Part shown: one piece after another, positions 48,625 to 58,123 of the stretch
Layout of the letters: each line of letters starts with the position of its first letter
Position numbering within the stretch: position 1 is the first letter of the stretch
Assembly (NCBI GenBank): GCA_963664705.1
Contig: OY761556.1
Span: 160,001-224,000 of the forward strand
Source: Acidobacteriota bacterium
Lineage (GTDB): Bacteria; Acidobacteriota; UBA6911
Length of the DNA stretch: 64,000 bases
Direction of reading: 5' to 3'
Notes under the pieces: model-generated
Told to the model about the DNA's origin: nothing
The model's database searches: none
The model's input: only the letters and a program-made list of their open reading frames with translations
Translations under genes and position numbers: made by a program

Positions 48625-49578
48625 CTAAAAGAACATTCGGATCAACGGAAGACTCGCTCCGATAAGCACCGCGATCCTTCCGACTGCTTTTTGGGGAGGC
48701 TTCAGGGCCAGTAGGCAGGCTGATCCTGTATAGCCGATCAGCAGGATATCCACCCCCGAGAGTGCATCCGGCATCCACGGCGCGATCCCGACGGTGGAGG
48801 CAAAAACGAGGGTCAGTATGTATGAAAAATCCGGGATCCCAACCTTCCGTTCGCAAGCCCGAACAAGCAGCACGCAAAGCGCAAACCAGAGCATCGGTGC
48901 GGCCTGCGAGAGAAGCGGCAATCCGGAATTGGGTATGCTCTTGTGCGTCGGATCATTTGCAATATGCGAAATGAGAGTCCCGGAGGTCAGGAAGTTTACA
49001 ACCAGGATGGCTGCAAAACACAGGAGTGTGGGAGTAAAGAAGAGGAGCGCCGATCCAAGGAACCCACCGAAACTGCGGCGATTGGCTATGAACAGGCCGC
49101 CGCTGATCAGCAGGCACGCGATCGCCAGCGCTGGTTTGGAAACAACTCCCAGGGAAAGAAGCAGTGCAATCGTTGCAATAGCTTGCAGGCCCGCATTCTG
49201 TTCATGCATGGAAGCTACCCACACCAGCGCATAAACAAAAGCCCCGCATCCGAGGGCGGCAAACCAGGTGAAACCGGGAATGTCCAGGTGTCGGAGAATT
49301 GTTGACAGCAATTGGCCGGCAATCAGGAATGAATAGGCTCCGGCCCAGATCCAGCGTAATCCGCCGGAACGCATATGCAGAAGCCAGAGCCCGAGGGCGG
49401 CTGCGATGGAAAGCATTACGGCCGCCACCGCAATCCCGCCGGTTACGTATCTGGTCCCGAAACCGAACAGGGAGGCGCTCAGTAATAGCGCTGACCCCGC
49501 ATACCAACGCCTCAGGGTGTTACTGGATTGGGGCGCTGGCTCGAATGATCTCACTCTGAGTAAACTTGCTGATGCCAT
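48625..49578 (-). CDS. Multi-pass membrane protein
   Basis: About 9-10 hydrophobic segments; overlaps the 3' end of the GT2 gene. Confidence 0.7.
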   Translation of the reverse strand: MASASLLRVRSFEPAPQSSNTLRRWYAGSALLLSASLFGFGTRYVTGGIAVAAVMLSIAAALGLWLLHMRSGGLRWIWAGAYSFLIAGQLLSTILRHLDIPGFTWFAALGCGAFVYALVWVASMHEQNAGLQAIATIALLLSLGVVSKPALAIACLLISGGLFIANRRSFGGFLGSALLFFTPTLLCFAAILVVNFLTSGTLISHIANDPTHKSIPNSGLPLLSQAAPMLWFALCVLLVRACERKVGIPDFSYILTLVFASTVGIAPWMPDALSGVDILLIGYTGSACLLALKPPQKAVGRIAVLIGASLPLIRMFF

Positions 49579-51496
49579 GAACAGTCTTTTCCCAATAGAA
49601 CGGACGCGTAATCAATTGCCAGAGCCCTTTGTATGCCGCAATGGACTGCAGAAGCCAATACCCTGGTATCGTGAGGGCATAGGGCAACAGCGGATAGTTT
49701 TGTCGTTTTGCCACCGCCAGCATCGAAAGATAAATCAGACAACTGTTCCCCACGATGAGGTTCAACATGCTGACAACCAGGACCGGTGCGGGGAAAAATG
49801 GCTGCAGTTGCGATGTGCGCGATATGATCCAGGCCAGAAAGGGTATTACCATAAATGGGTAAGCCAGAGCTGAAACGATCGTCCCTCCGACAAACAGTTG
49901 AAGCGAACAGAATCCTGCAAATCCGACACGCCTGTAGAGTTGGACCGGATGCCTCATGTTAACCAGCCAGGTCTGAATATAGCCCTTGATCCAGCGGGAT
50001 CGCTGGCGGATCCAGTTGCCCAGCCTCGAGTTGGCTTCCTCATAGGTGACAGAATTGATAACTCCTACATGATAGCCAAGTGCAGCGAAACGAAGGCCCA
50101 GATCAGCATCCTCGGTCACATTGAATGGATCCCACGCCCCCACTTCGCGCAGTTTTTCGAGATCAAAGTGATTGGATGTGCCACCCAGTGGGATGGGTAC
50201 TTTCAGCCGATCCAGCGCTGGAAGAAACATGTCGAACCAGAGGCTGTATTCCAGCGTGAACATTCGGGTCAGCCAGTTCTCTTCCGAATTAAAGTAGTTG
50301 AGCCGGGCTTGGATACATCCGGTCTTTGACCCCATCTTCATGAATGCGGCCACGGCCTTTTTCAGCTGATCGGGTTCGGGCTTATCCTCTGCATCATAGA
50401 TCGTTACATACTTGCCGCGGACGAGACTCAGCGCGTAGTTGCATGCCTTCGGTTTCGTTTTCGGCTGGGAAACCGGGACGCGCAGAATTTCGAATGTTGC
50501 TTCCAGTCCCAGATCCTTGGCGGCCTGAATGGTTTCAAGATCATCGTCTTCCAGGACCAGCTTGATATCCAGCTTGGAGCGCGGATAGTCCAGCCGTCGA
50601 AGGGCGGAGGCCAGGATGGGTAGTACCGTCGGCTCCTTGTACATCGGAACAAGGATTGAATAAACCGGGAGGTCGGCATCATGGAGTGCCTCCACTTCCT
50701 CTTTCGTGATTGCCATTCCAACGTGATCGGCGCAGCTCATCCAGCAGAGGATGGTCCGAAACAGAAATGAAACAAGCATCCAGGTGCTTAGAATCGCATT
50801 CAGCCCAATGGCTGAGGCAACCGGCCAACACAACAGCGTGCAGATGGCGACCAGAAGGATGGTCAGAAAGGAGCCTTTTTGTGCCGAGGTCAGAACGGTT
50901 TTTGCCGAATGCTCCGGATCCCGCTCGGAGAGTTGATAAACCGCGCTCTGACTAAAACTGGCACCGGCGATGCGCTGAAGCTCCCAGAGTATGTCGAATT
51001 TAGACGTCATGACGAATCCGATTCCCGGATTATTCCAACGCCGCCTCACCTCGGGAGAGAGGGGATCCGCGGTTGCAATCCACAGCTTGCCTTTTTCATA
51101 TCTCCAGGGCAGGAACAGGTGCTGGGCATAAAGACCATAGTCTTCGCTTTTCAGGAGATAACTGTCGGCGGGTTTTTCAATCAGGTTAACAAAGTCCAGA
51201 TGAAAATGCCGGGCAAGGACATTGTAGAAATCGAGAGGCTTTGCCCATCCCATGGAAAGAACAATATCCCCGAGACGGGATCCCCATTGAGATTGCCTGC
51301 GGAGCGCCTCGGCCAGCTGCGCTTCCGTGATCAGCCCGGCATCAATGAGCAGCTTTCCCAGCATGACGTGAAGCGGTGCATTGCGCTCGCGCTGTTCCAA
51401 CGAATCGTCGGGCACGATGTCTTCGAATAGGATAGACCCATTCCGACGGGTCAATTCAGGGTCAGGCGTTTTCAAGGTGTCGGTTAGAGGGGCCAT
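49520..51496 (-). CDS. GT2 processive glycosyltransferase with N-terminal MshEN (c-di-GMP-binding) domain
   Basis: LGKLLIDAGLITEAQLAEALRRQ..RLGDI; KPKACN, YDAED, TEDADLG, QRSRW; start MAPL at 51496. Confidence 0.92.
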   Translation of the reverse strand: MAPLTDTLKTPDPELTRRNGSILFEDIVPDDSLEQRERNAPLHVMLGKLLIDAGLITEAQLAEALRRQSQWGSRLGDIVLSMGWAKPLDFYNVLARHFHLDFVNLIEKPADSYLLKSEDYGLYAQHLFLPWRYEKGKLWIATADPLSPEVRRRWNNPGIGFVMTSKFDILWELQRIAGASFSQSAVYQLSERDPEHSAKTVLTSAQKGSFLTILLVAICTLLCWPVASAIGLNAILSTWMLVSFLFRTILCWMSCADHVGMAITKEEVEALHDADLPVYSILVPMYKEPTVLPILASALRRLDYPRSKLDIKLVLEDDDLETIQAAKDLGLEATFEILRVPVSQPKTKPKACNYALSLVRGKYVTIYDAEDKPEPDQLKKAVAAFMKMGSKTGCIQARLNYFNSEENWLTRMFTLEYSLWFDMFLPALDRLKVPIPLGGTSNHFDLEKLREVGAWDPFNVTEDADLGLRFAALGYHVGVINSVTYEEANSRLGNWIRQRSRWIKGYIQTWLVNMRHPVQLYRRVGFAGFCSLQLFVGGTIVSALAYPFMVIPFLAWIISRTSQLQPFFPAPVLVVSMLNLIVGNSCLIYLSMLAVAKRQNYPLLPYALTIPGYWLLQSIAAYKGLWQLITRPFYWEKTVHGISKFTQSEIIRASAPIQ

Positions 51497-51501
51497 GATT
51501 T

Positions 51502-52377
51502 TTAGAAGCTTTTCCAGAATGCGAGGATGAAGGTTTGCCCTCCTCCGACATTCCTTCCTTTGAGAACGCCGGTCCATCCTGCCTGAATTCGGGTACGGTG
51601 CGGAGTGGTGAACACCATCGAAATTTGAGCTTTGTGCACATTGTAATCGGATTGCGCATTGGGATTTGTGATCTCGTCCATGGGCGTGCCATTGTGCATG
51701 CTCCACGTATTGAAGATCTGTGCCATGGCCATAACATTTTTGTGGAGATCGATGCCGGCCGTCCAATCGGATCGAATCTGATCCGCCGGTGCGCCAAAAC
51801 GGGACCGGTAGGCTGCCTGAGCGTCCCAGAAGATGTGATGTTTAGCCCATGTGGAGCCATGTCCTACCATCAGCCGGGTTTCAAGATCTTCCTGGTGATT
51901 GCCGGGTGCCGGATTGCGATGTGCAGAATACGCGGGGAACATTACGGTAAACTGACCGGACAGCACCCAGGGTGATTCGGGGGCGTTGAATCGATGCCGG
52001 ACCGCAAATTCGACGTCTCCAAATCCTGAGCTCGATTGACTCCCGTAATTGTTTTGATACCGGAGGAAGGAGGTCTGAGCATTGATGGACAGCGTATTGC
52101 GTTCCGATAGTCCGTATTCAAGATATGGATTCAGGACAATCTGCCGAAACTCTCCGTCATCTCCAAACTTCTGGATTGCGCCGCCTTCATCATAGGCTTT
52201 CGATGTTTGCATGAATGAATAGGTCAGGATGATCTGGCCGTGATGGGAGTCCTGGGGCCAGGCCCCCGCGTATAATCCGGAGGGAAGCAGAAGCCCCGCA
52301 AAATAAAAAAAGGCAATTGACCAGATCCCGCCGGCGCGGTGTTTAAGGCACAATCCTATCCATTTGTCATAGCGCAT
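51502..52377 (-). CDS. Putative outer-membrane beta-barrel protein
   Basis: Signal peptide ending AGAWPQ, YLEYGL, GFGDVE, alternating strand pattern, C-terminal WKSF. Confidence 0.7.
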   Translation of the reverse strand: MRYDKWIGLCLKHRAGGIWSIAFFYFAGLLLPSGLYAGAWPQDSHHGQIILTYSFMQTSKAYDEGGAIQKFGDDGEFRQIVLNPYLEYGLSERNTLSINAQTSFLRYQNNYGSQSSSGFGDVEFAVRHRFNAPESPWVLSGQFTVMFPAYSAHRNPAPGNHQEDLETRLMVGHGSTWAKHHIFWDAQAAYRSRFGAPADQIRSDWTAGIDLHKNVMAMAQIFNTWSMHNGTPMDEITNPNAQSDYNVHKAQISMVFTTPHRTRIQAGWTGVLKGRNVGGGQTFILAFWKSF

Positions 52378-52547
52378 GCCTAGGATATCGGCAGTCCCGG
52401 CTCTAAGTTTAGGACTAAGCCTTTAGTCAACGGCCGTAATGTCAGAGTTGCAGGCACTTGTCGGGGGCTCTCCGCATCCCTGGAGCCTTCGAAGTTATCC
52501 CTTCGTCAGTTCCCCGAAGGCTCCATCGCTCGAAGAGAGCTTTCTGA

Positions 52548-52844
52548 TCAAAGACTTGCCTTCAAAGCGGTTCGATAGCGCTTGAATGCGCTGTGCCCGG
52601 CTTGCGTGAGGCTGCAGACCGTCATTGGAATTTTTCCCCGGTAAGTCTTATCGATTTTTACATATCCGCCTGTTTCCAGTTTGGAAAGGTGGCTTGAGAG
52701 ATTGCCTTTGGTCAAGCCGGTTTCAGTCATGATGTAGAGGAAGTCCGCCTCCTCCACAACTGAAAGCAAGGAGACTATGGCCAGGCGTCCTGGTTCGTGG
52801 ATCAATCGATCAAGATCGGCGAGATTTCGAATACGATCGTTCAC
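52548..52844 (-). CDS. Winged-helix (ArsR/MarR-like, HTH_34-type) regulator
   Basis: IHEPGRLAI, LTKGNLSSHLSKLE..GYV, LTQAG; GTGA overlap with the upstream gene. Confidence 0.9.
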   Translation of the reverse strand: MNDRIRNLADLDRLIHEPGRLAIVSLLSVVEEADFLYIMTETGLTKGNLSSHLSKLETGGYVKIDKTYRGKIPMTVCSLTQAGHSAFKRYRTALKASL

Positions 52845-53446
52845 TCTGCCTCCGGATTCTGCTGTGGTGTATTTCGGACATAGGACCGCATGGTCCACCC
52901 CCCGGCCAAAACCAGGGTAATTCCCAGGAGAAGATAGTAGACAGTCATTCCGGGATTCAGTCCAAGCTTCATTGAATAGACCAGGACGCCCCATCCACTG
53001 GACAGAACCGCATATAGTGTGAATCTTCTCACCTTTTTCAAAATGGAAGCTGCCAGGAGGGCGGCACTGATTGCCAGGCTCGCGATGAGCGGAATCAGGG
53101 ATTTTGAGGTCCGGCTGAAGGCCAGGACGGCAACGGCGGCAATGGCGCATGCGGAAGCGGCAAGCAGCGCGGCTTTCCACGGATACCTGCGCGCCTTCAT
53201 GTAACCGGAACGCGTGTAGACAAGCTTTCTTCGAACATACCGCGTGCCGAAGGTTGAGAGGAACCAGAGAATTCCACAACCGCCAAGCATGAGAGCCAGC
53301 CAATGCCAGGTGACGGTAAACCGGGTGGCCAGCCAGAAGCTGACTGAAAAGAGAATACATGCGAGTCCTAACAAAATTTCCGATGTGCCGTCCAGCAGTT
53401 GGTATTGCTGCGGCGCGTGGGCGAATTGGTCAACCGTGTCGTTCAT
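52841..53446 (-). CDS. Membrane protein
   Basis: About 6 TM segments; RKLVYTRSGY; AAGGA RBS. Confidence 0.8.
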   Translation of the reverse strand: MNDTVDQFAHAPQQYQLLDGTSEILLGLACILFSVSFWLATRFTVTWHWLALMLGGCGILWFLSTFGTRYVRRKLVYTRSGYMKARRYPWKAALLAASACAIAAVAVLAFSRTSKSLIPLIASLAISAALLAASILKKVRRFTLYAVLSSGWGVLVYSMKLGLNPGMTVYYLLLGITLVLAGGWTMRSYVRNTPQQNPEAE

Positions 53447-53461
53447 GGTTTGCGTTCCTTT

Positions 53462-53482
53462 CTGGTTTGTAACGCAAACCAG
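53462..53482. promoter_or_regulatory. Palindromic operator
   Basis: CTGGTTTG-N5-CAAACCAG, just upstream of the 53446 start codon. Confidence 0.65.
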
Positions 53483-53660
53483 TATGCAATTAATTTATCG
53501 GGGTGTCAAGAAAAACAGCAAGCAGGGATTTGGGGGAAGTGTGGTCAATGAGTCCGGAAAGAGGAAAAACACCGCAGCTTGAATCCTGGGCCGAACCTTT
53601 TGGCTGCCGTATGCGTTATTACTACAAGGACAAAAATGCGTCCTGCCGGAGATTGAGAGA

Positions 53661-54242
53661 ATGGAATTGTCCGCACTCCTGGAAAGATGCCGCAGCGGGG
53701 ATGAACTGGCCTGGGAAGCACTCGTGCGCCGGTTCCAGTCGCGCATTTACGGTGTCGCCTATCATTATGTGGGGAGTGCCGAGGACGCTCGCGATATCGC
53801 GCAGGAGGCCTTTATTCGGATTTACCAGAATCTGGCTCTTTGTGCCGAGAGCGAGAGATTTCTGCCCTGGGCTGTCAGGATCGCGAGAAATCTTTGCCTT
53901 GACCATCTTCGTAGAAAAAAGGTGCGTCCTCCGGCTCAGGACCTTCCCGCTGAGGAATTGTCCGGTCTTCATGCTCCCGGTGGTGATCCCGCGCAACTGT
54001 TTGCGGCCGACTCACGAAAGCGATTGGTGCATTGCGCGCTTCAAGGAATGACGGATCTGAATCGGGAGATGATTTTGTTGCGCGATATCCAGGGATTTGC
54101 GCTGGAAGAAATAGCCTCGATGCTCAATGTGCCGCTGGGAACGGTAAAATCACGCTCGAACCGTGCGAGGATTGAACTGGCGCAGAGACTATCTTTACAT
54201 CGCGGTGAATTGTTCGAGGGGCCGCTGGAGGTGGAGTCGTGA
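53661..54242 (+). CDS. ECF sigma factor
   Basis: DARDIAQEAF, WAVRIARNLCLD, EIASMLNVPLGTVKSR. Confidence 0.95.
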   Translation: MELSALLERCRSGDELAWEALVRRFQSRIYGVAYHYVGSAEDARDIAQEAFIRIYQNLALCAESERFLPWAVRIARNLCLDHLRRKKVRPPAQDLPAEELSGLHAPGGDPAQLFAADSRKRLVHCALQGMTDLNREMILLRDIQGFALEEIASMLNVPLGTVKSRSNRARIELAQRLSLHRGELFEGPLEVES

Positions 54243-55066
54243 ACTGCACGCGCTTTGGCGACCTGCTGGCGGATTTTCTGGATCAATCACTGTCTGTTGA
54301 GGACTCCGCGGCCGCCCATGACCACCTGTCGCGGTGCCTGGAATGTCGCACGTTGCTTCAGATCGTCCGAGACGGCGTCAATATTTTACCTATGGAAGAG
54401 CCTGAGCAGTTTAGTGATCTCGTGCTTGCCCGCACGAGTGGTGCCGCATGTCCGCGCGTTGAATCTTGTCTCTGGGATTTCGTGGCGGGGGAACAGGCTT
54501 CGGACGAGATGGATCTGGTGATCATGCACCTGAGGCATTGCCCTGCCTGCAAATCCATGGCCGCGAAAATGGGACTGTTAAGGGAAACCCTGCCTGCGAT
54601 GTCGGATATCGATCCGGGGGAGTCTTTTGCAATTTCGGTGGTCGGGCATATTCGTTCCATGCGCCGCCCCCAGCCTTCCTTCAAAGCGCGCTTCCATGCC
54701 TGGTGGCAGTGTATGGTGCAACGGCCTTTGTTTTCCCTCGAAGTGGCCTACATTGCGACGCTCTTGATGTTTTTCGTCTTCAGCCCGGTGCTGCCTTTTC
54801 GCGAAATGGCGGTTCAGACAATCCCCGCCGTCTGGGCCCATGCGAAGGATCCTGCTTCCAGCCGGCTTCAATCCCTGACGTCCACCCTATCGCTCAGCCA
54901 ATCGGAGTTTACCGGCTCCTGCCGGGATATATGGAAATCAACGGAACAAAGTGTGAATTCCATGTTGAGCCGGAGTATACAAAATGCCCGGGGCTGGCAA
55001 AGGGAAGGAACCACAGATCTGAAGCTGTACTGGCAAAAGCTGAAGCGCTCGATCGAAAAAAAATAG
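54239..55066 (+). CDS. Anti-sigma factor with two zf-HC2 motifs
   Basis: HLSRCLEC and HLRHCPAC, one TM segment, coupled to the sigma gene. Confidence 0.85.
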   Translation: MNCTRFGDLLADFLDQSLSVEDSAAAHDHLSRCLECRTLLQIVRDGVNILPMEEPEQFSDLVLARTSGAACPRVESCLWDFVAGEQASDEMDLVIMHLRHCPACKSMAAKMGLLRETLPAMSDIDPGESFAISVVGHIRSMRRPQPSFKARFHAWWQCMVQRPLFSLEVAYIATLLMFFVFSPVLPFREMAVQTIPAVWAHAKDPASSRLQSLTSTLSLSQSEFTGSCRDIWKSTEQSVNSMLSRSIQNARGWQREGTTDLKLYWQKLKRSIEKK

Positions 55067-55171
55067 CCCGTCTTCTTTCGATGGTAATTTTGCGAAAGCA
55101 ATTATTTATTGAGGGCAGCTCCGAACCTTTTTCGCGTTTCATGCGTTTCACAGGGTAGGAGTGAGGCAACG

Positions 55172-55786
55172 ATGCAAATTGAGACAATGATCGAATCTGG
55201 AGGTCCCATGGAAAGCACAAACGAAATTTCGCCGGAACAATTACGGGTTCCGAAGCAGCCGTTGTATCCGACGATGGGATTACCACAACAGGAATTTTTG
55301 CGGCAGGATCCGCGATATAAATCGCCTGTTCTGGCCTGTATGATGTCTGTCGTTCCCGGCATCGGACAGATCTACGTCGGGTATTACCAGCAGGGTTTTC
55401 TCAATATCACCGTCATTGCCAGCCTGATTACTCTGCTGGCACACGATGGCGTGAGTGATAGCATAAAGCCGTTTCTCGGAATTTTTCTTGCCTTTTACTG
55501 GTTCTTCAATCTGGTAGACGCTTATCGCAAGTCCACATTTTACAACCAGGCGCTGCTGGGGCTCGGAGCCCTTGAATTGCCGGAGGGCGAAAAACTGCCG
55601 GGTTCACACGGCTCACTGGTTGGTGGCGCGGTTCTGGTCATCGTCGGGGCTATTGCCCTGTCCTACACGTTGTTCGATATTCCGATGGAGTGGCTTGGAC
55701 ACTGGTGGCCGCTGGCGCTGATATTGATGGGAGCCTATCTGCTCTTTCAGTCGATTGCGTCGCGGAACAAGACGCCGACTCGCTGA
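55172..55786 (+). CDS. Membrane protein (TM2-like + LiaF/DUF5668-like)
   Basis: PGIGQIYVG, WWPLALILMG. Confidence 0.75.
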   Translation: MQIETMIESGGPMESTNEISPEQLRVPKQPLYPTMGLPQQEFLRQDPRYKSPVLACMMSVVPGIGQIYVGYYQQGFLNITVIASLITLLAHDGVSDSIKPFLGIFLAFYWFFNLVDAYRKSTFYNQALLGLGALELPEGEKLPGSHGSLVGGAVLVIVGAIALSYTLFDIPMEWLGHWWPLALILMGAYLLFQSIASRNKTPTR

Positions 55787-55797
55787 TTCCCACATCC

Positions 55798-55834
55798 AGG
55801 GATTCGAAGTCACGGGCCTGCACTTCGAATCCCT
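55798..55834. terminator. Hairpin after the ECF operon
   Basis: AGGGATTCGAAGT / ACTTCGAATCCCT. Confidence 0.5.
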
Positions 55835-56105
55835 ATTCTCTAGCCCAATTTTCCAAATGGACATTTCCCGGGCAAGGCTTGCTATAATTACTGGAAGCAG
55901 AGATCGTCAGGAGAATCAGGCGGGCAAATCGATGTCCAGACACACCGGCGGATTTAAAAACATCAAGCTTGGAAAGAACGTTCACCGTCAGGTGAAGCGT
56001 CGCGGTGCTCCCTCTCCGCCTTCAGACAAAACCCGCAAGCCAAACGAGCAAATTCGTCCCAAGCATAGATTCTGATTACGCTGTTTCCCGAGGAATTTGT
56101 GATTC

Positions 56106-56555
56106 CTATTTGGCTGGAAGCTTGGAATTATGGTCGGCTACGCATTGCCAGCGACCGTTGATTTTAACCCAGGTGTCCGTCAGCGGATATCTGCCGCTGA
56201 TGTCCCTGCCTTTGTACGTCCCCTTCACAGTGTAAATGCCCCAAAATATGGCAGTGTCCCCGTATGCCTGAACCCTGGGTTTCTGAAAAGAAAGCGATGT
56301 CAACTTCGCTTCTCTGCTCTTGACCATTGCGATCATGGCTGCCTTATCTTTTACGATGCCATCTTCATCCGTTCCCAGGTAGGACTCTCCGAGATTATGT
56401 TCATACCAAGAGGCATCGTATTTTAGTGTAGCTTCATTCCAGGCGTTTTCCAGGGCAATGATCTGTTGAGCGACGCTCTGCCCTTGTCCGGCTTGTCCAA
56501 AGTTTGGGCACGGAACGAGAAGCATCAGAAGAATCGGCAACAGTAATCTCTTCAT
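56106..56555 (-). CDS. Exported NTF2-like (DUF4440-type) protein
   Basis: Signal peptide, YGDTA, TDTWVK..GRWQCV. Confidence 0.85.
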   Translation of the reverse strand: MKRLLLPILLMLLVPCPNFGQAGQGQSVAQQIIALENAWNEATLKYDASWYEHNLGESYLGTDEDGIVKDKAAMIAMVKSREAKLTSLSFQKPRVQAYGDTAIFWGIYTVKGTYKGRDISGRYPLTDTWVKINGRWQCVADHNSKLPAK

Positions 56556-56827
56556 GGTTTCCCCTTCCCGGCAATCAGCAAATCCGCGCGCTTCAATTGC
56601 TTTGCCACTCCAGACATATTCCTATCGCAGATGGAGTTTTGCAGTAAAGCCAATTCGACAAAAATAGTTAAAACCGGGGCATTCGGTCCCGATTTCTGTT
56701 CTCCGCAATAGTCCCGCAGAATAATATTCCTCAAATCGTAGCTTCGCCATGGGCCCAATGATACTATGTCGGAACATGTCCTTTATGGATTGTCTGAGCA
56801 TATCGGATTGGGAGGTTTGATACACGG

Positions 56828-57214
56828 ATGACGATTGCAGAGAAAATCGATGAGGCAGTTTCCGCTCATACTTACTGGTTTATACAACTGCGTGTAGCCA
56901 TCATCGAGGGGAATAGCCAATTCAAGCCTGAGATCGTCAGGACCGATAATAACTGCGATTTCGGCAAGTGGCTTTACGGAGATTTTCCCCGGGAAACGGT
57001 CGGGACTGCATTGTTTGAATCGATTAGAAATCTGCATGCTGAATTTCACGTGGAAGCGGCCCGTATCCTTGAGCTTGCCATTACGGGTAAAAAGGACGAA
57101 GCGCTGGCTTTGCTTGAGAGTGATTCCAAAATCCGAAAGTGTTCCATGGCGCTGATCGGCAAACTGTCCGAACTCAAATTGCAGTTCGTGGCATTGGCCC
57201 CAAAAGAGCTTTAA
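56828..57214 (+). CDS. Stand-alone chemoreceptor zinc-binding (CZB) domain protein
   Basis: AHTYW, CDFGKWLY, HAEFH. Confidence 0.85.
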   Translation: MTIAEKIDEAVSAHTYWFIQLRVAIIEGNSQFKPEIVRTDNNCDFGKWLYGDFPRETVGTALFESIRNLHAEFHVEAARILELAITGKKDEALALLESDSKIRKCSMALIGKLSELKLQFVALAPKEL

Positions 57215-57277
57215 TTCTGCTGCTGATTTCACCGATTCCCTAAGAGTGTTACTGCACAATCCTCTGGAGGCAAGACT

Positions 57278-58123
57278 GTGGATCTGAAAGGAAAGGTTGC
57301 AATCGTAACAGGGGGCGGTACCGGCATAGGTACGGCTATTACACGTCGCTTTATTCATTGCGGGGCGCGGGTATGCATCGCAGGCCGCCGTCAGGAGCTT
57401 CTGGATGCGGTGGCAAGTTCTCTGCCTGCTGAGTCTATTAAGGTCTGTCCCGGGGATGTGTCCGATGAACAGGATGTTGAACGGATCCTGAAGACGGCTC
57501 TTTCCTTTGAAGGCAGCCTTCACGTGCTTGTCAACAATGCCGCGATAGATCAGGATCCTCCCGCAGCGGTTGTGGAAATGGAGGTTGCCAAATGGAGAAG
57601 GATGCTTGAAGTCAATCTTACTGGTCCGTTCCTTATGATGAAGGCCTGTATTCCACACATGATAAAGGCAGGGGGCGGCTCTGTGGTGAACATATCCTCG
57701 CTGGCGGGCTTGCGCTGCATCTCCGAAAATCCGGGTTTCTGCACTACAAAAGGAGGGCTGATCAACCTGACCCAGCAAGCGGCGCTGGATTACGGCCGCT
57801 ACAACGTGCGATGCAATGTCGTATGTCCGGGGGCGACGAAAACCGAAATGTTTACGGAAAACCTGGAGGCATTCGCAACCATGATCGGAACCAATGTGGA
57901 CGATTTCTTCGCCCGCTTCATGAAGGATGTTCCTTTGCCTCGCGTATCACGACCCGAAGAGATGGCCGGAATTTGCGCATTCCTTGCGAGCGATGATTCG
58001 TCATTTCTCACCGGAGCCGCTATCCCCGTCGATGGCGGCGCGGCTATCGTCGACGTGTCGGGAGCGGTGATTGGCGGCATCGTGCGAAGTTTGAAAGAAA
58101 AGACCGGAGGCAGCAATGAATGA
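57278..58123 (+). CDS. SDR-family oxidoreductase
   Basis: TGGGTGIG, NNA, NISS, CPG, VDGG; the catalytic YxxxK reads FCTTK. Confidence 0.92.
   Translation: MDLKGKVAIVTGGGTGIGTAITRRFIHCGARVCIAGRRQELLDAVASSLPAESIKVCPGDVSDEQDVERILKTALSFEGSLHVLVNNAAIDQDPPAAVVEMEVAKWRRMLEVNLTGPFLMMKACIPHMIKAGGGSVVNISSLAGLRCISENPGFCTTKGGLINLTQQAALDYGRYNVRCNVVCPGATKTEMFTENLEAFATMIGTNVDDFFARFMKDVPLPRVSRPEEMAGICAFLASDDSSFLTGAAIPVDGGAAIVDVSGAVIGGIVRSLKEKTGGSNE

Noticed and set aside
56767-56804. TGTCGGAACATGTC / TGTCTGAGCATATC direct repeat upstream of the CZB gene
   Set aside because: Single imperfect pair with no cognate regulator evident; may be chance.
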